Below are positions 1-9,624 of a stretch of 54,305 nt of DNA, piece after piece; within the stretch, counting starts at the first letter, position 1, and each line of letters starts with the position of its first letter. Made by a program: the position numbers and the translations under genes. Location of the stretch: NCBI GenBank assembly GCA_031426395.1, contig JANPLG010000164.1, forward strand, positions 1-54,305, given 5' to 3'. Origin of the DNA: Actinomycetes bacterium (lineage in GTDB: Bacteria > Armatimonadota > SYMT01). The notes under the pieces are model-generated. The model was not told where the DNA came from and ran no database searches. It saw only the letters and a list, made by a program, of their open reading frames with translations.

Positions 1-279
1 GAGGAACTCCATCGCGATGTAGTAGCGGCCCTGCGACTGCCCGTGATCGAGGATGCGGACGATGTTGGTGTGCTTGAGGCTGGCGGCGGCGCGGGCCTCC
101 CGTGTGAATCGGGCGATGCGCTCCTGCCGCTGCTGACCGACGAGGTTGGCCGGGACCTGCAGCTCCTTGAGCGCGATCTTCTTGCCACCAGCGGGATCCA
201 TCGCCTCGTAGACGATGTCGTTGCTGCGCGCAAGCTCCCGGATGATGTGGTATCGCCCAAGCGTATTCGAGGCCAACAC
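1..279 (-). CDS. Hanks-type Ser/Thr protein kinase, N-terminal part (runs off window edge; missing from ORF track)
   Basis: My translation from GTG 279: MLASNTLGRYHIIRELARSNDIVYEAMDPAGGKKIALKEL...RFTREARAAASLKHTNIVRILDHG...YYIAMEFL. This has the kinase subdomain II-V motifs (IALK, RFxREA, LxHxNIV, YIAME). AAGGGG lies upstream. Confidence 0.9.
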   Translation of the reverse strand, partial: MLASNTLGRYHIIRELARSNDIVYEAMDPAGGKKIALKELQVPANLVGQQRQERIARFTREARAAASLKHTNIVRILDHGQSQGRYYIAMEFL

Positions 280-298
280 CTGGACTGATCCCCTTCAA

Positions 299-458
299 CT
301 CTTAATCCTACTCCTACTCTTACTCCCCCTTCACTCGGGTTCTGGAACCCCGCTGGATCAAGAGGTAGGAATCCCCATCATCGGGTGTTTCGCTCCATCA
401 TCCGGGCGAGTTCTAGAACGGGAGGGAGTAAGAATTGGAGTAGGAGTAGGATTAAGAA
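299..458. repeat. Hexamer-array inverted repeat (CTCCTA/TAGGAG arms) between the PP2C and kinase genes
   Basis: cttaatcctactcctactcttactccc (~301-327) is reverse-complementary to gggagtaagaattggagtaggagtaggattaag (~424-456), allowing one extra unit. Confidence 0.8.
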
Positions 459-465
459 CTATTAC

Positions 466-1512
466 TCAACCCTTGCGGAACAGACGGCTCATCAGACCGC
501 CTTTGCCTCCGCCGGGTTCCCCACCCTGCTCCTGTCCGGCCGGTCCCTCGGGGACGCTGCCCACCGTGAACGGCGCTTCCGCGTGGTGTCCATTGCTGGC
601 TGGGGCGAGAGGCTCGCCGCCCTCCTCCGTGGCTTCAGCAAGCTCCTCATCGGAAGAGGGCCAGTCGACGATCTCCACGACCTGGAGGACGAAGGCGGTG
701 ATGTTGTCCTTGCCGCCGTAGTGGTTCGCGCGCTCCACCAGGTTCCACGCCGCGGACGAAGGAGAACCCTGCCCCAGTAGCTCCGCGATCTCCGGGTTGG
801 CGACCATGCCGCTCAGGCCGTCCGAGCAGAGCAGGTAGCGGTCTCCCACACGCAGCTCAATGGCGTAGATGTCCGGATCGACTTCAGGCGCGCCGCCCAT
901 GGAACGGGTGATGACGTTGCGGAAGGGCGACTGCTCCGCTTCGTGGAGGGACATCGCGCCGGAGCGTACCTGCTCCGCCACCCAGGAATGGTCCTCGGTC
1001 ATTTGGCGGAGCTGGCCGTCACGCAGGAGGTAGGCGCGGCTGTCGCCCACTTGCGCCAGGTAGAGGTAATCGTCCCGGACCACGCCTGCGGTGAGGGTGG
1101 CGCCCATCCCGTTCCGGCCGGGAACGGTGCGGGCGACGTCCACCACATAGGCGTTCGCCTCACGGACGGCGCGGCGCAGCGCGGCCTCGATCTCGCTGCC
1201 ACGGTCCGCAAAGTAGGAGCGAATGAAGACGTTGAGCGCCAGTTCCGAAGCCACCTGCCCGGCGGAGTGGCCCCCCATGCCATCGGCCACGGCGTAGACG
1301 CGGCCCTTGACCGCGAGGAGCTGCGGGTCGTCCGGCTCGAAAGAGTCGAACTTGTCCTCGTTGTTCTCGCGCACCAGTCCGAGGTCGGTCTTGGCGCCGC
1401 ATACGAGGTAGGCGTGGCAGCGGGGGTGTGCCGGAAGAGCCGCCTTCTGCGCCCATCCCGCCTGGAGGTCGTCCGCTTCTAACGGGGCCGTGATTTCCTG
1501 CTCGTCGCTCAT
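466..1512 (-). CDS. PP2C-family (Stp1-like) Ser/Thr phosphatase
   Basis: TDLGLVRENNED, AVADGMGGH, MGATL, VGDSRAY, LLCSDGL and GGKDNIT motifs; start moved to MSDEQ (AAGGA upstream). Confidence 0.95.
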   Translation of the reverse strand: MSDEQEITAPLEADDLQAGWAQKAALPAHPRCHAYLVCGAKTDLGLVRENNEDKFDSFEPDDPQLLAVKGRVYAVADGMGGHSAGQVASELALNVFIRSYFADRGSEIEAALRRAVREANAYVVDVARTVPGRNGMGATLTAGVVRDDYLYLAQVGDSRAYLLRDGQLRQMTEDHSWVAEQVRSGAMSLHEAEQSPFRNVITRSMGGAPEVDPDIYAIELRVGDRYLLCSDGLSGMVANPEIAELLGQGSPSSAAWNLVERANHYGGKDNITAFVLQVVEIVDWPSSDEELAEATEEGGEPLAPASNGHHAEAPFTVGSVPEGPAGQEQGGEPGGGKGGLMSRLFRKG

Positions 1513-1534
1513 AAAGATCCTTGGAAGAGGAGGG

Positions 1535-2596
1535 TCACGGAAGCATAGTCGCATTCGCGCTGGGGGCGGCATCCTCACGGTTGAGAGCGCGCGTGGGATC
1601 AGGCGCACCCGAGTCGCCGCCGGTCGCCGCTGGGAGTTCCGCAGGAGACCCTTCCGCCACGCGCACGGTGATCGCCGTCTTGCCGAAAGTTACCGCCTGA
1701 CCGGGCGCCAGCGTTACCGGCGCATGGGCTGCGAGGCGCTCGCCGTTCAGGAAGGTGCCGTTGGTGCTCCCAGCATCGACAATGGTGGCCTGGCCGTCCG
1801 CGCTTACCTGGATCTCCGCGTGCCGACCCGAAGCGAAGGCGTCCACAAGGACCACGTCGTTCCCGGAGCGCCGACCCACGCTGTTGGCACCGGCGTAGAG
1901 CGAGAACTCCGAGCCGTCCGGCATTACGGCATGCGCCACCAGGGCCCCGCGCTCCCCAGGCTGGTGAGAGCTGGGCTGGGGGGCGCTGGGCGGGGGCAAT
2001 GCGGCGGGCCGGGCGGGAGCGCCGGGCAGCGAGAGGGTGAGCTGCACGCTGCCGAACTTGACGATCTCGCCGTGGAAGGCGACCCCTTGCTCACCGGGTC
2101 GGATCTGGCGACCCCCAACGAAGGTCCCGTTGGTGCTCCCGAGGTCCTCCACGATCACCTGGGTGCCTTCCAGCCGCACCTGTCCGTGACGGCGGGAAAC
2201 CGTCGGGTCCATCAAGACGATGTCCACGCTCTCCCGACCCACCACGCTCACCCCAGACTCCAGCACGAACTCGCGACCGGTGGCATCCGTGAGCCGTGCC
2301 GCCTCTCCGGGGTCCGCAACGGGCGTGACGCCGTTGGCCGCGGACCCGAACATGAAGCCGCAATCCTGGCAGTACCGCTCCATGGGCGGGTTGGGCGTCT
2401 GGCAGACCGCGCACGTCTGACCCACCGCCTGCTGGGTGACGTCGTAGCCGGGTGTCGCGTAGCCCGGCTGGGCATAGCCGGCCGCTCCGCCGGGGAGGAC
2501 CTGGGTCGCCTCTCCGCCCGGCATCCCGTAGGGGGACTGGGGAGCGCCGTAACCCGCGGGGCCAAAGCCGGGATCCACTACGGTTCGTTCTTCCAC
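1535..2596 (-). CDS. Zinc-ribbon plus double FHA domain protein
   Basis: CxxC-x10-CxxC followed by two FHA motif sets (VGR..SRRH..DLGSTNGT; VGR..SGRH..DAGSTNGT); GTG start with GGAG upstream. Confidence 0.9.
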   Translation of the reverse strand: MEERTVVDPGFGPAGYGAPQSPYGMPGGEATQVLPGGAAGYAQPGYATPGYDVTQQAVGQTCAVCQTPNPPMERYCQDCGFMFGSAANGVTPVADPGEAARLTDATGREFVLESGVSVVGRESVDIVLMDPTVSRRHGQVRLEGTQVIVEDLGSTNGTFVGGRQIRPGEQGVAFHGEIVKFGSVQLTLSLPGAPARPAALPPPSAPQPSSHQPGERGALVAHAVMPDGSEFSLYAGANSVGRRSGNDVVLVDAFASGRHAEIQVSADGQATIVDAGSTNGTFLNGERLAAHAPVTLAPGQAVTFGKTAITVRVAEGSPAELPAATGGDSGAPDPTRALNREDAAPSANATMLP

Positions 2597-2629
2597 GTCA
2601 TTCTCCAGCCTAATGCGAGGTCGTGACTG

Positions 2630-2670
2630 CAATTGACAATTTTCAATTGACAATTATCAATTGACAATTG
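2630..2670. repeat. Tandem heptamer array (CAATTGA)-like, about 6 units
   Basis: caattga caatttt caattga caattat caattga caattg; AT-rich island in GC-rich DNA. Confidence 0.85.
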
Positions 2671-2677
2671 AGCGCCG

Positions 2678-4051
2678 CTACTTCCGCTTCCCAAGGTCCA
2701 GATCCATCACCGTCCCAATGAGCGTCTTCTCCGCATCGCCGGAGCCGACGCGCAGGCCGTGAATGGCCTGACCGACTTCCGCCGCTTGCTCTGAAGCACC
2801 GGCCTGCTGGAGGAGCATCTGGGTGCGCTGGAGGTCCGCCATGGCGTGGGCGGTGGAGAGCTGCTGGGTCTTGAGGCCCATCATGGTGCGCTCAAGGTTC
2901 CGGCTGGCACCCGCGACTTCGATCTCGCGCTGGACGGTGCCGTTGACACCGCTCTTTACCAGCCCCGCATCGTCCACGAAGTTGAAGACTACATCCGCTT
3001 CGATGCGCTGATTGAAAGCGCCGGTGACACAGTCATCGTAGAAGACCTCCGCCTTGGCCACGCGGTAGGTGGCGGCGGGCCGGCGGCCGAGAGCCAGCTC
3101 CGTCAGGATGCGGACGGTCGCGCCGCGGTCGAGGTCGGAAAGCTGCACCTCCACGGTGCGGGGTCCGATGGTGGGCTGGTGGCCGTAAACTTGGCGGAGG
3201 TCGGTCCAGCGGCTCAGCACCAGCCGCAGACGGATGTTCTTGGCCACGATGGAGAGCAACTGCTCCATCTCGGAGCGGAAGACTTCCGGGATCAGTTCCG
3301 GGCGCGTGATGTAGTAGTAGTTGCCGCCGCCGCGCCGGGCCATGCCGACCAGCAGCTCCTCGTTGTACTCCGGCCCGAAGCCGAGGGCGGTGATGGTGAT
3401 GCCACGGCTGCGCTGCTCCCCGGCAGCCCCCACGATGGACGAATAGTCCTTCACGCCGGCCGTCGGCTCGCCGTCCGTGAGGACGACCACGCGGTTGACG
3501 TAGCCCTCGCTGCGGACGGAGGCCACCTGACTGGCGCCGGCCACAAGGCCATCGTAGATGTTGGTGGTGTTGCCCGGCTGGATGCGGTTGATGTGCTCCT
3601 TGACCAGCCCCTTGTTCACCACCCGGCGCGCCGGCATGACGATGTCGACCCGCTCCTCGAAGGTGACGACGGAGAGCACGTCGTTCTGGTCGAGGAGGTC
3701 GACCACGTGGCCGCATGCCCGCTTCACGTACTCCAGTGGCTCGCCTTCCATGGAACCGCTGCGGTCGATGACAAGGCAAAGGTTGAGCGGCATGCGCCGT
3801 CCGACCATCCCACCGCCCGCGTTGAGCTGGAAGAGGATGTGGTCCGAAGCACTACGGCCCGCCTGGGCATACTGGTTGCCCGTGATCACATCGAGGGAAA
3901 GTGCTTGCGGCGGCGCGCCCATGGCGGTGCGGGCGGGGTCGAAGCCACCGGGGGCATAGCCGCCGGGTCCGAAGCCCCCAATCTGGGTGGCATCCCCGCC
4001 CCCAAAGCCACCCCCGAGGTCGGCAGGGCCGATGATCCGTGTGCTTTCCAT
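2678..4051 (-). CDS. von Willebrand factor A (vWA) domain protein
   Basis: MIDAS motif DRSGSM, plus GNTTNI, LTDGE and GFGPEYNEELL. Confidence 0.92.
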   Translation of the reverse strand: MESTRIIGPADLGGGFGGGDATQIGGFGPGGYAPGGFDPARTAMGAPPQALSLDVITGNQYAQAGRSASDHILFQLNAGGGMVGRRMPLNLCLVIDRSGSMEGEPLEYVKRACGHVVDLLDQNDVLSVVTFEERVDIVMPARRVVNKGLVKEHINRIQPGNTTNIYDGLVAGASQVASVRSEGYVNRVVVLTDGEPTAGVKDYSSIVGAAGEQRSRGITITALGFGPEYNEELLVGMARRGGGNYYYITRPELIPEVFRSEMEQLLSIVAKNIRLRLVLSRWTDLRQVYGHQPTIGPRTVEVQLSDLDRGATVRILTELALGRRPAATYRVAKAEVFYDDCVTGAFNQRIEADVVFNFVDDAGLVKSGVNGTVQREIEVAGASRNLERTMMGLKTQQLSTAHAMADLQRTQMLLQQAGASEQAAEVGQAIHGLRVGSGDAEKTLIGTVMDLDLGKRK

Positions 4052-4178
4052 TAACTCGGTCCTTTTTGGAGGCGGCCCTGTTCAGTGTCGGCCCTGTTCA
4101 GAGGCGGATTGCGAGGAGGGCTAGCCCTTGCTTACGTGCTGTGGCGTCTAAAGGTAGTCTAAAGTTCCGTCCGGATCG

Positions 4179-7100
4179 CTACTTTGATCTCACGCCGGTC
4201 AGGCGGAAGTTGAAGTTGCCGCTCTCGCACTCCACGGCAATGGCGTCGCCCAGGTCGCGTGCACCGAGCAGTCCGGGAGCGACGCCCGTAAATCCTTCGC
4301 GCCAGACCTCCCGCCCGCCTTCCGAGATGCGCACCTGCGTCAGACCGCGCTTCGGAATCCGGACGACGCCAGTGGAGCCGACCGGCAGCCGGACATCCAG
4401 GCTCAGCGTCTCGCCCTCCAGCTTCCATCCACTTTCGATAGTACCATAGCCAGAGTCGTATGCGCCGCGCGCCCAGGTGATGCCGGGTCCCACCTGCGGC
4501 TGAATGCGCACCCGCCGATAGCCATAGCCGATGGGGTCCGTATCAATCCCCACGAGGTACCGCTGCAGCCATTCGCCCACGGTGCCGAATGCGAAGTGGT
4601 TCCGGCTGTTCATGTCCGGTCCCTGCTTGTCGCTGTCCCAGAGTTCCCAGATGGATGTGGCACCCTTCTCCACCATGTAGCCCCAGGACGGGAAGTCCCG
4701 TTGCAGCAGCACCCGGTAGGCGAGATCGCTCTGGCCGGTGTCGGAGAGGGCGGGGAGCAGGAAGCGGGTCCCGATGAATCCAGTGGCGAGGTGGTCGTTG
4801 CGCCGCTTCAGGGCTTCCGTGAAGCGCTGGGTGACCTGAGCGCGGCGGGCATCCGGCACCAGCCCCAGGCCGAAGCTCATCGCATACGCGGTCTGCGTAT
4901 CGCCGGTATAACGGCCCTCGGCATCGAGGAAACGCGCGTTGTAGGCGGCCTTCGCCTTGTCAGCAAGCTCCCCGTAGCGGGCGGCCTCGTCCTTCTTGCC
5001 AAGGACCCGCGCCATCTCGGAGACTGCACGGAGGTCCCAGGCGAGGTAGCCGCTGGCGATGAGGTCCTTGTTGGTCTGCTCGCCGGCGGGGACCCAATCG
5101 CCGAAGTCGTTGTTGCGGCGCTTCAGCCACAGGAGGTCCGGGTTGGCGGAAACGAGCAGATCGACATACTTCTTCACCGCCGGGTAGCTGCGCTCCAGGA
5201 GACGCGTGTCCCCGTAGGCCAGGTACTGCTCCCACGGGATGACGACGCCGGCATCTCCCCAGGAAGGGGCACCGTCCGCCTTGTTGACCACGCGCGGCGC
5301 GATGTCTCCGAATGCGCCCTCCGGCGACTGGGCGTCGAGGATGTCCCGCATCCACTTGGTCCAGAAGCCGCCCATCTCCATATTCCAGTTGGCGGTGCGG
5401 GCGAAGAGCTGGGCATCGCCCATCCAGCCGAGGCGCTCGTCACGCTGGGGGCAATCGGTGGGCACGCTCATCATGTTGCCGCGCTGGCCCCGGTGGATGT
5501 TTTCAAAGAGCTTGTTGACCAGGTCGCTGGAAGTCTCCAGGCGCGAGGTGCGCGGCATGGCGCTGTGGATCACGCGGCCTGCCAGGGCATCGAGCTTCGG
5601 CTCTCCGGGGTAGCCGGTGATCTCCACATAGCGGAAGCCGTGATAGGTGAAGCTCGGCTCCCACTCTTCGACCGTCTTCCCATTGCCGGCACCCTTGAGG
5701 ACGTAGACGTCCGTGGCGCGAGCCTTGCGGAGGTTGTCGCGGTAGACGCTGCCGTCCGGGTTGAGGATCTCGGCGAAGCGGAGCTTGATGGAGGTGCCGG
5801 CCGGCCCCTTCGCCCGCAGCCGGGCCCAGCCGACCATGTTCTCGCCCATGTCGAAAACGAAGACGCCCGGCTTCGGCTCCCGGACGGCAACCGGCGCGAT
5901 CTCCCGCGTGACCCGGATGGGCGGGCTGGTGAGGCCGCTCAACTGCGGGTTCTGATCCGCGAAGAGCTGAACCGCTTGCCAGACGTTGGTCGGCTGCACC
6001 AGGTCCGGATTCGTCCATTCCGGCAGTTCGCGGCGGGCGTCGTAGGTCTCGCCGGCGTAGAGGTCAGATTCCAGGATGGGGCCGTTCGATCCAAGCCAGC
6101 TCCGGTCGGTGGTGATCGTCTCCGCGCCGCCGTCCTCGTAGCGGACCTGGATCTGCAGCTTCAGCCGCGCGGGGCTGGGACCGAAGTGGTTGCGGGCGAG
6201 GTCCGGGCCGAGGGATCCGGCATACCAACCATCCGCGAGTACCGCGCCAACCACGTTGGCACCCCGGCGAAGGTCTGAGGTGACGTCGTAGGTCTGATAC
6301 TGAACGCGCTTCGTGTAGTCCGTCCACCCGGGCGCGAGGACCTCGTCACCGATCCGCTTGCCGTTCAGATGGAGCTCGTAGAGGCCAAGGGCGGAGACGT
6401 AGGCGCGGGCGGAGCGGATGCCGCGCGTGAGCTGGAACTGCTTTCGGAGGTGCGGACTGGGACCTGCATTGCCGTGGCTGCCAATGGCGACCTTCCCCCA
6501 CGGCGCAATCCCCAGCGCGCCGAGGACTTTGGTGGCAGGCCAGGAAGCATCATTAAAGCCAGGCTTCTCCCAGCCGACCATATCCCGGCTGCTCGCCTTC
6601 CAAGAGGCGTCGATGTCCTGGACCAGCTCCGGCCCGCTCTCAAACTCGATGACCAGGCGTCCCATCAGGGCCGCAGGTCCCTCCGTCGCGTTGTTAGCCA
6701 CCACCGCAAAGGTGTTCGCGCCACCGACGAGCTTGTCGAGGATGTCGCTAGGCTGGGCACTGGGCCAACCGTTGGCGGAGCCGGCCTGCGCACCGTTCGC
6801 CCAGAGTTGGGCGTCGTTGTCCACGGCCATCCAAAAGGTCGCGCGCTTCGGCTTGCGGTCGAGGGAGAGGGTCTTGCGGAAGTAGCGCTTACCGGCGGCG
6901 GCGCTCTGGACGGGGTTCCCTTCCGGGAACCAGACCCACTTCGCGCCATCCAGGGAGGCGACTTTGGCGGCAGGCCCATTCCCCGGATAGCCGATCCATG
7001 CGGCCTTCCAGTCGCCCGCGTCCAGGCCGGTCTCGAACCAGGCGGTCTCGCTGAAGGCGGAGGGCGCGCCGGAGCGATCCCAGACGCGGACCCGCCAGTG

Positions 7101-7451
7101 CACCCGCTGCGCAGAACCGAGCGGCCGACCGGCATAGACCACGTGCTGGCTCTGATCCGAGGTGACGCGGCCACTGTCCCAGAGGTCGGCCTTGCCCGCC
7201 TGCAGCAGCTTCGCATCGGAGGCAGCGAGGAGTTGGTAGGCGGTCTGCCGCTCACCCCGCGTGGCCCCGCCCAATTGCCAGGAGAGGCGCGGAACCCGCT
7301 CGTCCAGCCCTAGTGGGTTCGCCAGATACTCGCAGCGAAGGCGTTGGGCGCGGATGCCGGCACCGGGTGCCCCGGCGGAAGGAAGGGCACCCGTCACGGC
7401 AAGGAGCAGGCCGGCGGAAAGAAAAACGAGGGATGGGGTGAGACGGGACAT
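4179..7451 (-). CDS. Secreted alpha-L-rhamnosidase (GH78)
   Basis: LRCEYLANPLGLD, PTDCPQRDERLGWMGD, GATSIWELW and SRNH motifs; signal peptide from MSRLTP (GGAG upstream). Confidence 0.93.
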   Translation of the reverse strand: MSRLTPSLVFLSAGLLLAVTGALPSAGAPGAGIRAQRLRCEYLANPLGLDERVPRLSWQLGGATRGERQTAYQLLAASDAKLLQAGKADLWDSGRVTSDQSQHVVYAGRPLGSAQRVHWRVRVWDRSGAPSAFSETAWFETGLDAGDWKAAWIGYPGNGPAAKVASLDGAKWVWFPEGNPVQSAAAGKRYFRKTLSLDRKPKRATFWMAVDNDAQLWANGAQAGSANGWPSAQPSDILDKLVGGANTFAVVANNATEGPAALMGRLVIEFESGPELVQDIDASWKASSRDMVGWEKPGFNDASWPATKVLGALGIAPWGKVAIGSHGNAGPSPHLRKQFQLTRGIRSARAYVSALGLYELHLNGKRIGDEVLAPGWTDYTKRVQYQTYDVTSDLRRGANVVGAVLADGWYAGSLGPDLARNHFGPSPARLKLQIQVRYEDGGAETITTDRSWLGSNGPILESDLYAGETYDARRELPEWTNPDLVQPTNVWQAVQLFADQNPQLSGLTSPPIRVTREIAPVAVREPKPGVFVFDMGENMVGWARLRAKGPAGTSIKLRFAEILNPDGSVYRDNLRKARATDVYVLKGAGNGKTVEEWEPSFTYHGFRYVEITGYPGEPKLDALAGRVIHSAMPRTSRLETSSDLVNKLFENIHRGQRGNMMSVPTDCPQRDERLGWMGDAQLFARTANWNMEMGGFWTKWMRDILDAQSPEGAFGDIAPRVVNKADGAPSWGDAGVVIPWEQYLAYGDTRLLERSYPAVKKYVDLLVSANPDLLWLKRRNNDFGDWVPAGEQTNKDLIASGYLAWDLRAVSEMARVLGKKDEAARYGELADKAKAAYNARFLDAEGRYTGDTQTAYAMSFGLGLVPDARRAQVTQRFTEALKRRNDHLATGFIGTRFLLPALSDTGQSDLAYRVLLQRDFPSWGYMVEKGATSIWELWDSDKQGPDMNSRNHFAFGTVGEWLQRYLVGIDTDPIGYGYRRVRIQPQVGPGITWARGAYDSGYGTIESGWKLEGETLSLDVRLPVGSTGVVRIPKRGLTQVRISEGGREVWREGFTGVAPGLLGARDLGDAIAVECESGNFNFRLTGVRSK

Positions 7452-7798
7452 CGGTCGCTCCAGGGCCCCGGGGAAAGGGAATCGAAGAGGGAAAGGGAGA
7501 GGGGCGTGGGTCAGCAAGCCGTGTTCCAGGCGCACGCTCGGTTGGGCGAGGAAACAGGCAGTGTACCGGTTCCGCCCCGGGACGCGGCTCTCCTCCGCCA
7601 CTACAGTTAGACGGATGCCCGGACTGCCGCCGTCTTCGCGCGCAAGCACGGCCGGAATCCGTGGAAAGCTCCGATTAGGTAGACTGCGATGCAGAAAAGG
7701 GCACGATGGGGCGATCTCCGCTTAACTCTTGCTGAAGTGCCCCTTCCTGACACTCCGGGATTGATTGGGTAGGGTTTGACTGGCGGTATGTGTGAGTT

Positions 7799-8047
7799 GT
7801 GAGACGCAAGCAACACAATCAGCCGCTCTCCGTACTGCAGGTCCCGCCGCGCGCCCTCTGGCCCGTGATCCGGCACCTGGCCCGTAAGCACGGGGTGAGC
7901 CTCAGTGACGCCCTCACCCGCCTGCGCGTTGCGGACGTGGCCGGGATGACGCGTGAGGAACTGCTCCACGTCTACCGCATGGGTCCGCGTAAAGTGGACG
8001 CGTGGGAGACTGCCCTGGGCCAGGTTGGAGCGCGCCTGGCGGGGTGA
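7799..8047 (+). CDS. Small protein resembling the RNA polymerase alpha C-terminal domain (HhH)
   Basis: RVADVAGMTREELLHVYRMGPRKVDAWETALGQVGARL resembles the alpha-CTD pattern (vgDL..t..eLl...nlG.ksl.ei...L...gl.L). Confidence 0.5.
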   Translation: MRRKQHNQPLSVLQVPPRALWPVIRHLARKHGVSLSDALTRLRVADVAGMTREELLHVYRMGPRKVDAWETALGQVGARLAG

Positions 8048-8143
8048 GCACGATCAGGCCCCGACGCCGAGCGCGGGGCCGAATCTCAATTCGCTAATGC
8101 GTACGCTGGTCACCGCAAGACCCCTAGCGGCAGAGCCTGCTGA

Positions 8144-9457
8144 TTAGCGGATAGGGCGCAACATCACGAACTGAATGTCCTTCGCGACCCCCGGCTTGAG
8201 CTCGAGGACCTCCTCAAGCGGCACGTAACCGGATGTTTCGACCCAAGCAATCCACGTCCCCGCAGGTACGGCCTCGAAGTGAAAGTAACCGTGCTTGTCA
8301 GTCTCGGCAGTGAGCACGGGGTTGACGCCGCCCCCACCGTCCGCAGGTCCACCATAAGGGGTTGTGAGCGTGATGACCGCCCCGGCAATCGGCTCGCCCG
8401 CTTGGTTCACCACCTGCCCTGCCAGCGTGGCAAGGCCCGAGTGGGTGTCCGCCTCCAGGGAGAGGTCGACCACCAGCACCTGCCGCCGCCGGACCAGCAC
8501 GTTCTGCTGGGCGGGCAAGTAGCCTTCGGCGTACACGATGAGGTGACCGTGCCCAGACGGGATGTTCAGGGCGTAGTCCCCATTCTCGTCCGTCAGGGTG
8601 GAGAAGTAGCCGGGATTGATCACCCGGACGCCTCGGGCCGTGCTGGCAGCCCATACGTCGTCGGTATAGACGCTCACCAGAGCACCCTCCACGGGCACCC
8701 CCTCGGCGTCCGAGATCCGGCCCCGGACTTTGCCCACCCCCTCTTCGACCGCCTCACGAAGCTGGAAGTCGGCCACGGCCGTGCGGTTGGCTTCCACATA
8801 GACCCAATTGAGGCCGCCTTCCAGACCGGGGACCGCAACCGACACTTCGTAGCTGCCGGGAGGCGCACCGCGGAACGCGTACGCACCGCTCTTGTCCGTC
8901 ACCGCTACCAGCCGCGCCGTGCTGGGACTAACCCGCCTTCCGCCGTGCTTACCACCGCCCGTTCCATCGTCAGAAACCCGCTCTGCCACTACTTCCACGC
9001 CAGAAATCGGTTCACCGGCAGTATCGTGAGGGTCGACCACGCGAGTCACGATGCCCGTGATTTGCCCTCCCACCACCAGTTCGACCCGGCTCAGTCGCTC
9101 GGTCGCATTGCGGCGGATGCGGACGGGAACATAAGCGGCCCGCGAAGTCCCCGCCTGGAAGATGGCAAGAGTGTGGCCGCCCACGGGCAGGTTGCGAAGG
9201 GTGAAGCGATCCGCCTTCAGCCGCGCCCTCACCCGCACGCCGTCCAGGGTGAAGATGAACCGAGCCGCCCGGGCACCGCCGGCGGTCGCCACCCGTCCGG
9301 TGACGTGGCCCATTGCCGCAGAAGGGGGTGCCGGACTGGCCTGGGTGGGCGCGTTGTGCCCCACCAGACCCAGGCTGGTCGCCAAAAGGACGAAGACCGG
9401 GGCCATCCACCGGGACATCTGCGAAGTGACAAGCGTCGGACGCATGCATTGCTCCAA
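8144..9457 (-). CDS. Secreted protein with repeated carboxypeptidase regulatory-like beta-sandwich domains
   Basis: Repeated G.V.d..GePi.GA.V / TD..G.Y / PG.Y.v / GY motifs; N-terminal hydrophobic segment. Confidence 0.85.
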   Translation of the reverse strand: MEQCMRPTLVTSQMSRWMAPVFVLLATSLGLVGHNAPTQASPAPPSAAMGHVTGRVATAGGARAARFIFTLDGVRVRARLKADRFTLRNLPVGGHTLAIFQAGTSRAAYVPVRIRRNATERLSRVELVVGGQITGIVTRVVDPHDTAGEPISGVEVVAERVSDDGTGGGKHGGRRVSPSTARLVAVTDKSGAYAFRGAPPGSYEVSVAVPGLEGGLNWVYVEANRTAVADFQLREAVEEGVGKVRGRISDAEGVPVEGALVSVYTDDVWAASTARGVRVINPGYFSTLTDENGDYALNIPSGHGHLIVYAEGYLPAQQNVLVRRRQVLVVDLSLEADTHSGLATLAGQVVNQAGEPIAGAVITLTTPYGGPADGGGGVNPVLTAETDKHGYFHFEAVPAGTWIAWVETSGYVPLEEVLELKPGVAKDIQFVMLRPIR

Positions 9458-9624
9458 TTCAAGGCGGAGGTCCCCGTCAGCATCGATACGCGGGCTTGGA
9501 ACCTGGCCGTCGCATGTCGGTTCTACGGGCGGGCAAAGAAGCCCTTTCTTAAGTGTGGCAAATCTGAAATCACCGCAACCCGGTGTGAAGTCGAAGGCGT
9601 TGCTCGGTATACGGAGCGAGCGGG

